Under the pieces are notes generated by a model. The model did no database searches, was not told the DNA's origin, and saw only the letters and a list, made by a program, of their open reading frames with translations. Made by a program: the position numbers and the translations under genes. This document shows, in pieces, positions 20,929 through 32,515 of a DNA stretch of 64,000 bases (position 1 is its first letter; every line of letters starts with the position of its first letter). Where the stretch lies: NCBI RefSeq assembly GCF_055900595.2, contig NZ_CM148325.1; one strand, written 5' to 3'.

Positions 20929-22068
20929 ATGATGAAATCCAAAATGAAATTGATGCCATTATTGGTGTCAGTAACCTTGATAAGCGGTTGCACAGTACTT
21001 CCGGGCAGCAATATGTCGACGATGGGTAAAGACGTCATCAAACAGCAGGATGCTGATTTCGATCTCGACAAAATGGTGAATGTTTATCCGCTGACCCCGC
21101 GCCTGATTGATCAATTACGCCCACGACCCAACGTCGCGCGCCCCAATATGACGCTGGAAAGCGAGATTGCCAATTATCAATATCGTGTCGGGCCGGGCGA
21201 CGTTCTTAATGTCACCGTCTGGGATCACCCGGAACTCACCACTCCAGCTGGTCAGTACCGCAGCTCCAGCGACACCGGCAACTGGGTACAGCCTGACGGC
21301 ACTATGTTCTACCCGTATATCGGCAAGGTTCACGTGGTGGGGAAAACGCTCGCTGAAATCCGCAGTGATATTACCGGGCGCTTAGCGACGTACATCGCTG
21401 ACCCGCAGGTGGACGTTAATATCGCCGCCTTCCGCTCGCAAAAAGCCTATATCTCCGGTCAGGTGAATAAATCCGGTCAACAGGCGATCACCAACGTACC
21501 ATTGACCATTCTCGACGCCATTAACGCCGCAGGTGGCCTGACCGATACCGCTGACTGGCGCAACGTGGTGCTAACACACAATGGTCGTGAAGAACGCATT
21601 TCTTTGCAGGCGCTGATGCAAAACGGCGACCTCAATCAGAACCGACTGCTTTACCCCGGCGATATTCTCTACGTGCCGCGTAATGATGATCTGAAAGTAT
21701 TTGTGATGGGTGAAGTGAAGAAACAGAGCACCCTGAAAATGGACTTTAGCGGCATGACCCTGACTGAAGCCCTGGGCAATGCTGAAGGCATCGACATGAC
21801 CACCTCCAACGCCAGCGGCATCTTTGTCATTCGTCCGCTGAAAGGCGAGGGCGGGCGTAACGGCAAGATTGCCAATATCTATCAGCTGGATATGTCCGAT
21901 GCCACGTCGCTGGTGATGGCGACAGAATTCCGCCTGCAGCCTTATGACGTGGTGTATGTCACCACCGCTCCGGTTTCCCGCTGGAACCGTCTGATCAATC
22001 AGTTGCTGCCAACTATTAGCGGTGTCCGTTACATGACGGATACAGCCAGCGACATTCATAACTGGTAA
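20929..22068 (+). CDS. wza: Outer membrane polysaccharide export lipoprotein Wza (379 aa)
   Basis: ATGATG start at 20929; lipoprotein signal [21 protein letters not shown]. Confidence 0.95.
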   Translation: MMKSKMKLMPLLVSVTLISGCTVLPGSNMSTMGKDVIKQQDADFDLDKMVNVYPLTPRLIDQLRPRPNVARPNMTLESEIANYQYRVGPGDVLNVTVWDHPELTTPAGQYRSSSDTGNWVQPDGTMFYPYIGKVHVVGKTLAEIRSDITGRLATYIADPQVDVNIAAFRSQKAYISGQVNKSGQQAITNVPLTILDAINAAGGLTDTADWRNVVLTHNGREERISLQALMQNGDLNQNRLLYPGDILYVPRNDDLKVFVMGEVKKQSTLKMDFSGMTLTEALGNAEGIDMTTSNASGIFVIRPLKGEGGRNGKIANIYQLDMSDATSLVMATEFRLQPYDVVYVTTAPVSRWNRLINQLLPTISGVRYMTDTASDIHNW

Positions 22069-22073
22069 TCGTC

Positions 22074-22517
22074 ATGTTTAACAACATCTTAGTTGTCTGT
22101 GTCGGCAATATTTGCCGTTCCCCGACGGCGGAACGCTTACTGCAACGTTATCACCCTGAGCTGAAAGTAGAATCCGCTGGACTCGGCGCGCTGGTCGGTA
22201 AGGGCGCTGATCCTACCGCTATCAGCGTCGCCGCAGAACATCAACTGTCTCTGGAAGGTCACTGTGCACGGCAAATCAGCCGCCGCCTGTGTCGCAACTA
22301 CGACCTGATATTGACTATGGAAAAGCGCCATATCGAACGCTTATGCGAGATGGCACCTGAGATGCGCGGCAAAGTGATGCTGTTTGGTCACTGGGATAAC
22401 GAATGTGAAATCCCCGATCCGTATCGCAAAAGCCGGGAAACGTTTGCAGCGGTGTACACATTACTTGAACGGTCTGCCCGCCAGTGGGCGCAGGCATTGA
22501 ACGCAGAGCAGGTATAA
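22074..22517 (+). CDS. wzb: Low-molecular-weight protein-tyrosine phosphatase Wzb (147 aa)
   Basis: ATG at 22074; CX5R P-loop motif VCVGNICRS. Confidence 0.95.
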   Translation: MFNNILVVCVGNICRSPTAERLLQRYHPELKVESAGLGALVGKGADPTAISVAAEHQLSLEGHCARQISRRLCRNYDLILTMEKRHIERLCEMAPEMRGKVMLFGHWDNECEIPDPYRKSRETFAAVYTLLERSARQWAQALNAEQV

Positions 22518-22519
22518 CA

Positions 22520-24682
22520 ATGACAGAAAAAGTAAAACAACATGCCGCTCCGGTAACGGGCAGTGATGAAATCGATATTGGTCGCCTGGTCGGCACCGTC
22601 ATTGAAGCGCGCTGGTGGGTAATTGGCATCACCGCCGTATTCGCCCTCTGTGCCGTGGTTTACACCTTCTTCGCCACGCCGATATACAGCGCCGACGCAC
22701 TGGTACAAATCGAGCAAAACAGCGGCAATTCGTTAGTGAAGGATATCGGCTCGGCATTAGCCAACAAACCGCCAGCATCGGATGCTGAGATCCAGTTGAT
22801 TCGTTCGCGCCTGGTGCTTGGTAAAACGGTGGACGATCTCGACCTCGATATTGCGGTGAGCAAAAACACGTTCCCGATTTTCGGTGCGGGCTGGGATCGC
22901 CTGATGGGACGTCAGAACGAGACCGTAAAAGTGACCACCTTTAACCGTCCAAAAGAGATGGTGGATCAGGTGTTTACGCTTAATGTGCTGGACAACAAAA
23001 ACTACACTTTGAGCAGCGACGGCGGCTTTAGCGCTCGTGGGCAAGCGGGTCAGATGCTGAAAAAAGAAGGCGTCACGCTGATGGTTGAAGCCATTCACGC
23101 CAGCCCGGGCAGTGAGTTTACCGTCACTAAATACTCCACGCTGGGGATGATCAATCAACTGCAAAACAGCCTGACGGTAACAGAGAATGGCAAAGACGCT
23201 GGCGTACTGAGCCTGACATATACCGGTGAAGATCGCGAACAGATCCGCGATATTCTTAACAGTATCGCCCGTAACTATCAGGAACAAAATATTGAGCGCA
23301 AATCGGCGGAAGCGTCGAAAAGCCTCGCCTTCCTCGCGCAACAGTTACCAGAAGTACGCAGCCGCCTTGATGTTGCTGAAAACAAACTGAATGCCTTCCG
23401 TCAGGATAAAGATTCTGTTGATCTGCCGCTGGAAGCGAAAGCGGTGCTTGATTCAATGGTGAACATCGACGCGCAGTTGAACGAACTGACCTTTAAAGAG
23501 GCGGAAATCTCCAAGCTGTACACCAAAGTTCACCCGGCGTACCGCACGCTGCTGGAGAAACGTCAGGCGCTGGAAGAAGAGAAGGCCAAACTTAACGGTC
23601 GCGTAACGGCGATGCCGAAAACCCAGCAGGAGATTGTGCGTCTGACGCGCGATGTCGAGTCTGGGCAGCAGGTCTATATGCAACTGTTGAATAAAGAGCA
23701 GGAGCTGAAAATTACCGAGGCCAGCACCGTCGGCGATGTGCGTATTGTTGACCCGGCAATCACCCAGCCTGGCGTGCTGAAACCGAAGAAAGGGCTGATT
23801 ATTCTCGGCGCAATCATCCTCGGCCTGATGCTTTCTATCGTGGGTGTGCTGCTGCGCTCGTTGTTCAATCGCGGCATTGAAAGCCCGCAGGTGCTGGAAG
23901 AACACGGTATCAGCGTCTATGCCAGCATCCCGTTGTCGGAATGGCAGAAAGCGCGCGATAGCGTCAAAACCATCAAAGGGGTTAAACGCTATAAACAGAG
24001 CCAGCTACTGGCGGTGGGGAATCCAACCGATCTGGCGATTGAAGCCATCCGTAGTCTGCGTACCAGTTTGCACTTCGCGATGATGCAGGCACAGAACAAT
24101 GTGTTGATGATGACCGGGGTTAGCCCGTCAATCGGTAAAACCTTTGTCTGCGCCAACCTGGCGGCGGTCATTAGCCAGACCAATAAACGGGTGTTGTTGA
24201 TCGACTGTGATATGCGCAAAGGCTACACCCACGAGCTGTTGGGCACCAATAACGTCAATGGCCTGTCGGAAATTCTGATTGGTCAGGGCGATATTACTAC
24301 CGCTGCTAAACCCACTTCGATTGCCAAATTTGACCTGATCCCGCGCGGCCAGGTGCCGCCAAATCCTTCTGAACTGTTGATGAGCGAACGCTTTACCGAA
24401 CTGGTGAACTGGGCGAGTAAAAACTACGACCTGGTGTTGATTGATACGCCGCCGATTCTGGCTGTGACCGATGCCGCAATTGTCGGGCGTCACGTCGGAA
24501 CCACGTTAATGGTGGCGCGTTATGCGGTCAACACCTTGAAAGAAGTGGAAACCAGTCTGAGCCGCTTTGAGCAAAACGGTATTCCGGTGAAAGGGGTGAT
24601 TCTGAACTCTATCTTCCGCCGCGCCAGCGCGTATCAGGATTATGGCTATTACGAATACGAATATAAGTCGGACGCGAAATAA
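22520..24682 (+). CDS. wzc: Tyrosine autokinase / polysaccharide co-polymerase Wzc (720 aa)
   Basis: ATG at 22520 (MTEKVKQHAAPVTG...); Walker A GVSPSIGKT; Tyr-rich C-terminus YQDYGYYEYEYKSD. Confidence 0.95.
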   Translation: MTEKVKQHAAPVTGSDEIDIGRLVGTVIEARWWVIGITAVFALCAVVYTFFATPIYSADALVQIEQNSGNSLVKDIGSALANKPPASDAEIQLIRSRLVLGKTVDDLDLDIAVSKNTFPIFGAGWDRLMGRQNETVKVTTFNRPKEMVDQVFTLNVLDNKNYTLSSDGGFSARGQAGQMLKKEGVTLMVEAIHASPGSEFTVTKYSTLGMINQLQNSLTVTENGKDAGVLSLTYTGEDREQIRDILNSIARNYQEQNIERKSAEASKSLAFLAQQLPEVRSRLDVAENKLNAFRQDKDSVDLPLEAKAVLDSMVNIDAQLNELTFKEAEISKLYTKVHPAYRTLLEKRQALEEEKAKLNGRVTAMPKTQQEIVRLTRDVESGQQVYMQLLNKEQELKITEASTVGDVRIVDPAITQPGVLKPKKGLIILGAIILGLMLSIVGVLLRSLFNRGIESPQVLEEHGISVYASIPLSEWQKARDSVKTIKGVKRYKQSQLLAVGNPTDLAIEAIRSLRTSLHFAMMQAQNNVLMMTGVSPSIGKTFVCANLAAVISQTNKRVLLIDCDMRKGYTHELLGTNNVNGLSEILIGQGDITTAAKPTSIAKFDLIPRGQVPPNPSELLMSERFTELVNWASKNYDLVLIDTPPILAVTDAAIVGRHVGTTLMVARYAVNTLKEVETSLSRFEQNGIPVKGVILNSIFRRASAYQDYGYYEYEYKSDAK

Positions 24683-24692
24683 CGAGATCCGC

Positions 24693-24815
<123 letters not shown>

Positions 24816-24859
24816 CTTATAAACCGGCAGAACATCTCGATACTCCGGGAGAACAACCT

Positions 24860-25699
24860 ATGAAAGACAATCCGCTGATCTCAATCTATATGCCGACCTG
24901 GAACCGCCAACAACTGGCGATTCGGGCGATAAAATCGGTCCTGCGCCAGGACTACAGCAACTGGGAGATGATCATCGTGGATGATTGCTCCACCTCCTGG
25001 GAACAACTGCAACAGTACGTCACCGCCCTCAACGATCCGCGTATTACGTACATTCACAACGACATTAACAGCGGGGCGTGCGCGGTACGTAACCAGGCGA
25101 TTATGCTGGCACAAGGGGAATACATCACCGGGATCGATGACGACGATGAATGGACACCCAACCGCCTGAGCGTCTTCCTCGCCCATAAACAGCAACTGGT
25201 CACACATGCGTTCTTGTACGCCAACGACTACGTTTGCCAGGGCGAAGTTTATTCCCAACCGGCAAGCTTGCCGCTGTATCCCAAATCGCCGTATTCACGC
25301 CGCCTGTTCTACAAACGCAATATCATTGGTAATCAGGTCTTTACCTGGGCTTGGCGTTTCAAAGAGTGCTTGTTCGATACCGAACTGAAAGCGGCACAGG
25401 ATTACGACATCTTCCTGCGAATGGTGGTGGAGTACGGCGAACCGTGGAAAGTGGAAGAGGCGACGCAGATCCTGCATATCAATCACGGCGAAATGCAGAT
25501 CACCTCGTCACCGAAAAAATTCTCCGGGTACTTCCACTTTTATCGTAAGCACAAAGACAAATTCGACCGCGCCAGCAAGAAATATCAGTTGTTTACCCTC
25601 TACCAGATCCGCAATAAACGCATGACCTGGCGCACCTTGTTGACGCTGCTGTCGGTGCGTAACGGCAAACGTCTGGCTGATGGAATTCGGGGGCGCTAA
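24860..25699 (+). CDS. wcaA: Colanic acid glycosyltransferase WcaA (GT2, 279 aa)
   Basis: ATG at 24860; GT2 DxD context; synteny. Confidence 0.9.
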   Translation: MKDNPLISIYMPTWNRQQLAIRAIKSVLRQDYSNWEMIIVDDCSTSWEQLQQYVTALNDPRITYIHNDINSGACAVRNQAIMLAQGEYITGIDDDDEWTPNRLSVFLAHKQQLVTHAFLYANDYVCQGEVYSQPASLPLYPKSPYSRRLFYKRNIIGNQVFTWAWRFKECLFDTELKAAQDYDIFLRMVVEYGEPWKVEEATQILHINHGEMQITSSPKKFSGYFHFYRKHKDKFDRASKKYQLFTLYQIRNKRMTWRTLLTLLSVRNGKRLADGIRGR

Positions 25700-25701
25700 A
25701 G

Positions 25702-26190
25702 ATGCTGGAAGATCTGCGCGCCAACAGCTGGAGTTTACGCCCGTGCTGCATGGTTCTTGCCTATCGCGTTGCTCATTTTTGTTCAGTGTGGCGCAAAAAA
25801 AACGTCCTCAACAATCTGTGGGCGGCCCCGCTGTTGGTGCTGTATCGCATTATCACCGAATGCATTTTCGGTTATGAAATCCAGGCCGCCGCGACCATTG
25901 GCCGACGCTTTACTATCCATCACGGCTATGCCGTAGTGATCAATAAAAACGTGGTCGCGGGGGATGATTTCACCATTCGCCACGGCGTCACTATCGGCAA
26001 TCGTGGTGCCGATAACATGGCATGTCCACACATTGGCAACGGCGTCGAACTCGGTGCCAACGTCATTATTCTCGGCGATATCACGATTGGTAACAACGTT
26101 ACCGTGGGGGCGGGCAGCGTGGTGCTCGACGCAATCCCGGACAACGCGCTGGTGGTGGGAGAAAAAGCGCGAGTGAAGGTAATTAAATGA
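25702..26190 (+). CDS. wcaB: Colanic acid acetyltransferase WcaB (hexapeptide repeat, 162 aa)
   Basis: Left-handed beta-helix hexapeptide repeats in translation. Confidence 0.9.
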   Translation: MLEDLRANSWSLRPCCMVLAYRVAHFCSVWRKKNVLNNLWAAPLLVLYRIITECIFGYEIQAAATIGRRFTIHHGYAVVINKNVVAGDDFTIRHGVTIGNRGADNMACPHIGNGVELGANVIILGDITIGNNVTVGAGSVVLDAIPDNALVVGEKARVKVIK

Positions 26191-27404
26191 ATATTCTGCA
26201 ATTTAATGTGCGACTGGCGGAAGGCGGGGCGGCAGGTGTGGCGTTAGATCTCCACCAGCGCGCGCTGCAACAGGGGCTGGCGTCACATTTTGTCTACGGC
26301 TACGGCAAAGGCGGCAAAGAGAGCGTCAGCCATCAGAACTATCCGCAGGTCATCAAACATACGCCGCGGATGACCGCGATGGCGAACATTGCCCTGTTTC
26401 GTCTGTTTAATCGCGATCTGTTCGGCAATTTCAATGAGTTATATCGCACCATTACTCGCACACCGGGACCGGTGGTCCTGCATTTTCATGTGCTACACAG
26501 CTACTGGTTGAATCTTAAGAGCGTGGTGCGCTTTTGCGAAAAAGTGAAAAACCACAAACCGGACGTCACTCTGGTCTGGACGCTACACGATCACTGGAGC
26601 GTTACCGGACGCTGCGCCTTTACCGACGGTTGTGAAGGCTGGAAAACGGGCTGCCAGAAATGCCCGACCTTAAATAACTATCCGCCGGTGAAGATTGATC
26701 GCGCACACCAGCTGGTGGCGGGCAAACGCCAGTTATTCCGCGAGATGCTGGCGCTGGGCTGTCAGTTTATTTCCCCCAGCCAGCATGTGGCTGATGCTTT
26801 CAATAGTCTGTACGGTCCAGGGCGTTGCCGGATTATCAATAATGGCATTGATATGGCAACCGAAGCGATTCTGGCGGACTTGCCTCCGGTGCGCGAAACC
26901 CAGGGCAAGCCGAAAATCGCGGTGGTGGCGCATGACCTGCGTTACGACGGCAAAACTAACCAGCAACTGGTGCGCGAGATGATAGCGCTGGGCGACAAAA
27001 TCGAACTGCATACCTTCGGTAAGTTCTCGCCGTTCACCGCTGGCAACGTGGTTAATCACGGCTTTGAAACTGACAAGCGCAAGTTGATGAGCGCGCTCAA
27101 TCAGATGGATGCGCTGGTATTCAGTTCTCGCGTCGATAACTACCCGCTGATTTTGTGTGAGGCGCTATCGATTGGTGTGCCGGTGATTGCCACCCATAGC
27201 GATGCGGCGCGGGAAGTGCTGCAAAAATCCGGCGGTCAAACCGTCAGCGAAGAAGAGGTGCTGAAACTGGTGCAGTTAAGCAAACCGGAAATCGCGCAGG
27301 CGATATTTGGTACCACGCTGGCTGAGTTCAGCCAACGCAGCCGCGCCGCCTACAGTGGACAACAGATGCTGGAGGAGTATGTCAACTTCTATCAGAATCT
27401 GTAG
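26187..27404 (+). CDS. wcaC: Colanic acid glycosyltransferase WcaC (GT1, 405 aa)
   Basis: ATG at 26187 overlapping the wcaB stop. Confidence 0.9.
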   Translation: MNILQFNVRLAEGGAAGVALDLHQRALQQGLASHFVYGYGKGGKESVSHQNYPQVIKHTPRMTAMANIALFRLFNRDLFGNFNELYRTITRTPGPVVLHFHVLHSYWLNLKSVVRFCEKVKNHKPDVTLVWTLHDHWSVTGRCAFTDGCEGWKTGCQKCPTLNNYPPVKIDRAHQLVAGKRQLFREMLALGCQFISPSQHVADAFNSLYGPGRCRIINNGIDMATEAILADLPPVRETQGKPKIAVVAHDLRYDGKTNQQLVREMIALGDKIELHTFGKFSPFTAGNVVNHGFETDKRKLMSALNQMDALVFSSRVDNYPLILCEALSIGVPVIATHSDAAREVLQKSGGQTVSEEEVLKLVQLSKPEIAQAIFGTTLAEFSQRSRAAYSGQQMLEEYVNFYQNL

Positions 27405-28596
27405 CTACCTGCTGCTGCCGCTGATTTACCTGCTGGTTAACGTCAAAATCGCCCAGCTTGGCGAAAGTTTCCCCATCACCATCGTCACTTTTTTACCTGT
27501 CTTGTTACTGCTGTTTTTAGAGCGCATCAGCGTTAAAAAATTGATGATTGCCTTAGGGATTGGTGCGGGACTCACGGCGTTTAACTACCTGTTTGGTCAG
27601 TCGCTGGATGCCAGTAAATACGTCACTTCAACTATGCTGTTTGTCTATATTGTGATCATTATTGGCATGGTGTGGAGTATTCGTTTTAAAACAATTTCGC
27701 CACACAACTATCGCAAGATATTACGTTTCTTTTATCTGGTGGTGGGGCTGGTGGTGGCGCTGGCGGCGGTGGAGATGGCGCAAATTATCCTCACTGGCGG
27801 CAGCAGTATTATGGAGTCGATTTCGAAATATCTGATTTACAGCAACAGTTATGTGCTGAATTTCATTAAATTCGGCGGCAAGCGCACGACAGCACTTTAT
27901 TTCGAACCGGCATTTTTCGCTCTGGCATTAATCTCAATTTGGCTCAGCATCAAACAGTTTGGTATCAAAACGCCTAAAACCGATGCTATGATTCTCGCAG
28001 GGATAATATTATCCGGATCGTTTTCAGGGGTTATGACCTTTATCCTGTTTTATTTGTTGGAGTGGGCGTTTCAATATCTGAACAAAGAGGCGATTAAGAA
28101 AAAGTTACCGTTAGCATTGATTTCTCTGGCTGTATTCCTGGTTGGTGTGGTAATCGCGTTTCCTTATATTTCCACCCGCTTGGGCGATTTAGGTACGGAA
28201 GGATCGTCATCGTATTATCGTATTGTCGGTCCACTGGTGATGGTCGGTTATTCTTTGAGCCATATTGACGGTGTAGTCAGATTTGGCTCACTTTATGAAT
28301 ATGTCGCATCATTCGGAATATTTAACGGTGCGGATGTCGGAAAAACCATAGACAATGGTTTGTATCTGCTGATTATTTATTTTTCCTGGTTCGCAGTGCT
28401 TTTATCACTGTGGTACATGGGGAAAGTGATAAAAATGATGATCAACGCTTTTGGTGATAACCGCAATTTTCGCGTGCAATTATATCTTTTCACTCCGGTA
28501 TCGCTGTTTTTTACCGGTTCGATATTTAGCCCGGAATATGCATTTTTAATCGTCTGTCCGTTTATTTTGCGAAAAGCGTTAAATATTACGAGGTAA
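27379..28596 (+). CDS. wcaD: Colanic acid polymerase WcaD (Wzy-like, 405 aa)
   Basis: ATG at 27379 ([15 protein letters not shown]...); polytopic membrane protein; overlaps the wcaC 3' end by 26 bp. Confidence 0.88.
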   Translation: MSTSIRICSYLLLPLIYLLVNVKIAQLGESFPITIVTFLPVLLLLFLERISVKKLMIALGIGAGLTAFNYLFGQSLDASKYVTSTMLFVYIVIIIGMVWSIRFKTISPHNYRKILRFFYLVVGLVVALAAVEMAQIILTGGSSIMESISKYLIYSNSYVLNFIKFGGKRTTALYFEPAFFALALISIWLSIKQFGIKTPKTDAMILAGIILSGSFSGVMTFILFYLLEWAFQYLNKEAIKKKLPLALISLAVFLVGVVIAFPYISTRLGDLGTEGSSSYYRIVGPLVMVGYSLSHIDGVVRFGSLYEYVASFGIFNGADVGKTIDNGLYLLIIYFSWFAVLLSLWYMGKVIKMMINAFGDNRNFRVQLYLFTPVSLFFTGSIFSPEYAFLIVCPFILRKALNITR

Positions 28597-28606
28597 GAAT
28601 AAGAAC

Positions 28607-29353
28607 ATGTTGCTTAGCATAATCACTGTCGCGTTTCGTAACCTCGAAGGGATAGTCAAAACACATGCCTCGCTGGCGCATCTGGCGCAGGCGGAAGATA
28701 TCAGCTTCGAATGGATTGTTGTCGATGGCGGTTCCAACGACGGCACCCGTGAGTATCTGGAAAATCTCAATGGTATCTTTAACCTACGCTTTGTCAGCGA
28801 GCCAGATAACGGTATCTACGACGCCATGAACAAAGGCATTGCGATGGCACAAGGCAAGTTCGCGTTGTTTCTCAATTCGGGCGATATTTTTCATCAGGAT
28901 GCCGCAAATTTTGTCCGTAAGTTAAAAATGCAAAAAGATAACATGATGATCACCGGCGATGCGCTGCTGGATTTTGGCGACGGGCATAAAATTAAACGTA
29001 GCGCCAAACCTGGCTGGTATATTTATCACAGCCTGCCCGCCAGTCATCAGGCGATATTTTTCCCTGTATCCGGCTTGAAAAAATGGCGTTATGACCTGGA
29101 ATATAAAGTTTCTTCCGACTACGCGCTGGCAGCCAAAATGTATAAAGCCGGTTATGCATTTAAAAAACTCAATGGCCTGGTGTCTGAATTTTCCATGGGT
29201 GGGGTATCTACCACCAATAATATGGAATTGTGTGCTGACGCGAAAAAAGTCCAACGACAAATATTACATGTGCCTGGCTTTTGGGCTGAATTATCCTGGC
29301 ATTTACGCCAACGTACTACCTCAAAGACGAAAGCCTTATATAACAAAAGCTGA
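28607..29353 (+). CDS. wcaE: Colanic acid glycosyltransferase WcaE (GT2, 248 aa)
   Basis: ATG at 28607; synteny. Confidence 0.9.
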   Translation: MLLSIITVAFRNLEGIVKTHASLAHLAQAEDISFEWIVVDGGSNDGTREYLENLNGIFNLRFVSEPDNGIYDAMNKGIAMAQGKFALFLNSGDIFHQDAANFVRKLKMQKDNMMITGDALLDFGDGHKIKRSAKPGWYIYHSLPASHQAIFFPVSGLKKWRYDLEYKVSSDYALAAKMYKAGYAFKKLNGLVSEFSMGGVSTTNNMELCADAKKVQRQILHVPGFWAELSWHLRQRTTSKTKALYNKS

Positions 29354-29368
29354 ATATAAGGGAAAACG

Positions 29369-29917
29369 ATGCAGGATTTAAGTGGATTCTCGGTGCCGAA
29401 AGGGTTCCGGGGTGGCAACGCTATTAAAGTGCAATTGTGGTGGGCAGTACAGGCAACATTATTTGCCTGGTCGCCACAAGTATTGTATCGCTGGCGGGCA
29501 TTTTTATTACGTTTATTCGGCGCAAAAATAGGGAAAAACGTAGTTATTCGTCCGTCAGTAAAAATTACCTATCCGTGGAAATTAACCTTAGGTGATTACG
29601 CGTGGGTCGGCGATGACGTCAATTTATATACCCTCGGTGAAATAACCATTGGCGCACATTCGGTGATATCGCAAAAAAGTTATTTATGCACCGGTAGCCA
29701 CGACCATGCAAGTCAACATTTCACCATTAATGCTACGCCTATTGTGATTGGCGAGAAATGCTGGCTGGCAACCGATGTTTTTGTTGCCCCTGGCGTCACG
29801 ATTGGCGACGGCACCGTCGTGGGTGCACGAAGCAGTGTTTTTAAAACGCTTCCGGCAAATGTGGTTTGCCGGGGGAATCCCGCAGTGGTGATACGCGAAC
29901 GCGTTGAAACTGAATAA
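29369..29917 (+). CDS. wcaF: Colanic acid acetyltransferase WcaF (182 aa)
   Basis: Hexapeptide acyltransferase repeats. Confidence 0.9.
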   Translation: MQDLSGFSVPKGFRGGNAIKVQLWWAVQATLFAWSPQVLYRWRAFLLRLFGAKIGKNVVIRPSVKITYPWKLTLGDYAWVGDDVNLYTLGEITIGAHSVISQKSYLCTGSHDHASQHFTINATPIVIGEKCWLATDVFVAPGVTIGDGTVVGARSSVFKTLPANVVCRGNPAVVIRERVETE

Positions 29918-29943
29918 ATTCAAAAAATACAGAGGAATAAGAC

Positions 29944-31065
29944 ATGTCAAAAGTCGCTCTCATCACCGGTGTAACCGGACAAGACGGTTCTTACCTGGCA
30001 GAGTTTCTGCTGGAAAAAGGTTACGAGGTGCATGGTATTAAGCGTCGTGCATCGTCATTCAACACCGAGCGCGTGGATCACATTTATCAGGATCCGCACA
30101 CCTGCAACCCGAAATTCCATCTGCATTATGGCGACCTGAGTGATACCTCCAACCTGACACGCATTTTGCGTGAAGTGCAGCCGGATGAAGTGTATAACCT
30201 GGGCGCAATGAGCCACGTTGCGGTCTCTTTTGAGTCACCGGAATATACCGCAGACGTTGATGCGATGGGTACGCTGCGCCTGCTCGAGGCGATCCGCTTC
30301 CTCGGTCTGGAAAAGAAAACCCGTTTTTATCAGGCTTCCACCTCTGAACTGTACGGTCTGGTGCAGGAAATTCCGCAGAAAGAAACTACGCCGTTCTACC
30401 CGCGATCTCCGTATGCGGTCGCCAAACTGTACGCCTACTGGATCACCGTTAACTACCGCGAATCCTACGGCATGTACGCCTGTAACGGTATTCTCTTCAA
30501 CCATGAATCCCCGCGCCGCGGTGAAACCTTCGTTACCCGCAAAATCACCCGCGCAATCGCCAATATCGCCCAGGGGCTGGAGTCGTGCCTGTACCTCGGC
30601 AATATGGATTCCCTGCGTGACTGGGGCCATGCCAAAGACTACGTAAAAATGCAGTGGATGATGCTGCAACAGGAACAGCCGGAAGATTTCGTTATTGCTA
30701 CCGGCGTTCAGTACTCCGTACGTCAGTTCGTGGAAATGGCGGCAGCACAGTTGGGCATCAAACTGCGCTTTGAAGGCACGGGTGTTGAAGAGAAGGGCAT
30801 TGTGGTTTCCGTCACCGGGCATGACGCGCCGGGCGTTAAACCGGGTGATGTGATTATCGCCGTTGACCCGCGTTACTTCCGTCCGGCAGAAGTTGAAACG
30901 CTGCTCGGCGACCCGACCAAAGCGCACGAAAAACTGGGCTGGAAACCGGAAATCACCCTCAGAGAGATGGTGTCTGAAATGGTGGCTAATGACCTCGAAG
31001 CGGCGAAAAAACACTCTCTGCTGAAATCTCACGGCTACGACGTGGCGATCGCGCTGGAGTCATAA
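29944..31065 (+). CDS. gmd: GDP-mannose 4,6-dehydratase Gmd (373 aa)
   Basis: Rossmann GxxGxxG ([17 protein letters not shown]); length. Confidence 0.95.
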
Positions 31066-31067
31066 GC

Positions 31068-32033
31068 ATGAGTAAACAACGAGTTTTTATTGCTGGTCAT
31101 CGCGGGATGGTCGGTTCTGCCATCAGGCGGCAGCTCGAACAGCGCGGTGATGTGGAACTGGTATTACGCACCCGCGACGAGCTGAACCTGTTGGACAGCC
31201 GCGCGGTGCATGATTTCTTTGCCAGCGAACGCATTGACCAGGTCTATCTGGCGGCGGCGAAAGTGGGCGGCATTGTTGCTAACAACACCTATCCGGCGGA
31301 TTTCATCTACCAGAACATGATGATTGAGAGCAACATCATTCACGCCGCGCATCAGAACGACGTGAACAAACTGCTGTTTCTCGGATCGTCCTGTATCTAC
31401 CCGAAACTGGCAAAACAGCCGATGGCAGAAAGCGAGTTGTTGCAGGGCACGCTGGAGCCGACTAACGAGCCTTATGCTATTGCCAAAATCGCCGGGATCA
31501 AACTGTGCGAATCTTACAATCGCCAGTACGGACGAGATTACCGTTCAGTCATGCCGACCAACCTGTACGGGCCGCACGACAACTTCCACCCGAGTAATTC
31601 GCATGTGATCCCAGCATTGCTGCGCCGCTTCCACGAGGCGACGGCACAGAATGCACCGGACGTGGTGGTATGGGGCAGCGGTACACCGATGCGTGAATTC
31701 CTGCACGTCGATGATATGGCGGCGGCGAGCATTCATGTCATGGAGCTGGCGCATGAAGTCTGGCTGGAGAACACCCAGCCGATGCTGTCGCACATTAACG
31801 TCGGCACGGGCGTTGACTGCACCATCCGTGAACTGGCGCAAACCATCGCCAAAGTGGTGGGTTACAAAGGTCGGGTGGTTTTTGATGCCAGCAAACCGGA
31901 TGGTACGCCGCGCAAACTGCTGGATGTGACGCGCCTGCATCAGCTTGGCTGGTATCACGAAATCTCACTGGAAGCGGGGCTTGCCAGCACTTACCAGTGG
32001 TTCCTTGAGAATCAAGACCGCTTTCGGGGGTAA
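31068..32033 (+). CDS. fcl: GDP-L-fucose synthase Fcl/WcaG (321 aa)
   Basis: SDR-fold epimerase/reductase; immediately follows gmd. Confidence 0.95.
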
Positions 32034-32035
32034 TG

Positions 32036-32515
32036 ATGTTTTTACGTCAGGAAGACTTTGCCACGGTAGTGCGCTCCACTCCGCTTGTCTCTCTCGACTT
32101 TATTGTCGAGAACAGTCGCGGCGAGTTTCTGCTTGGCAAAAGAACCAACCGCCCGGCGCAGGGTTACTGGTTTGTGCCGGGAGGGCGCGTGCAGAAAGAC
32201 GAAACGCTGGAAGCCGCATTTGAGCGGCTGACGATGGCGGAACTGGGGCTGCGTCTGCCGATAACAGCAGGCCAGTTTTACGGTGTCTGGCAGCACTTTT
32301 ATGACGATAACTTCTCCGGCACGGATTTCACCACTCACTATGTGGTGCTCGGTTTTCGCTTCAGAGTAGCGGAAGAAGAACTGTTACTGCCGGATGAGCA
32401 GCATGACGATTACCACTGGCTGACGCCGGACGCACTGCTCGCCAGTGACAATGTTCACGCTAACAGCCGCGCCTATTTTCTCGCTGAGAAGCGTGCCGGA
32501 GTACCCGGATTATGA
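32036..32515 (+). CDS. gmm: GDP-mannose mannosyl hydrolase Gmm/NudD (159 aa)
   Basis: Second ATG of an ATGATG pair; Nudix protein. Confidence 0.88.
   Translation: MFLRQEDFATVVRSTPLVSLDFIVENSRGEFLLGKRTNRPAQGYWFVPGGRVQKDETLEAAFERLTMAELGLRLPITAGQFYGVWQHFYDDNFSGTDFTTHYVVLGFRFRVAEEELLLPDEQHDDYHWLTPDALLASDNVHANSRAYFLAEKRAGVPGL

Noticed and set aside
30235-31032. Long antisense ORFs inside well-supported genes (for example 30235..31032 in gmd, 32551..33390 in wcaI, 35970..36554 in cpsG, 40576..41241 in wcaK, 55557..56264 in gnd, 12094..12489 in dgcE)
   Set aside because: Typical spurious open frames on the opposite strand of GC-rich coding sequence; the sense-strand genes are far better supported.
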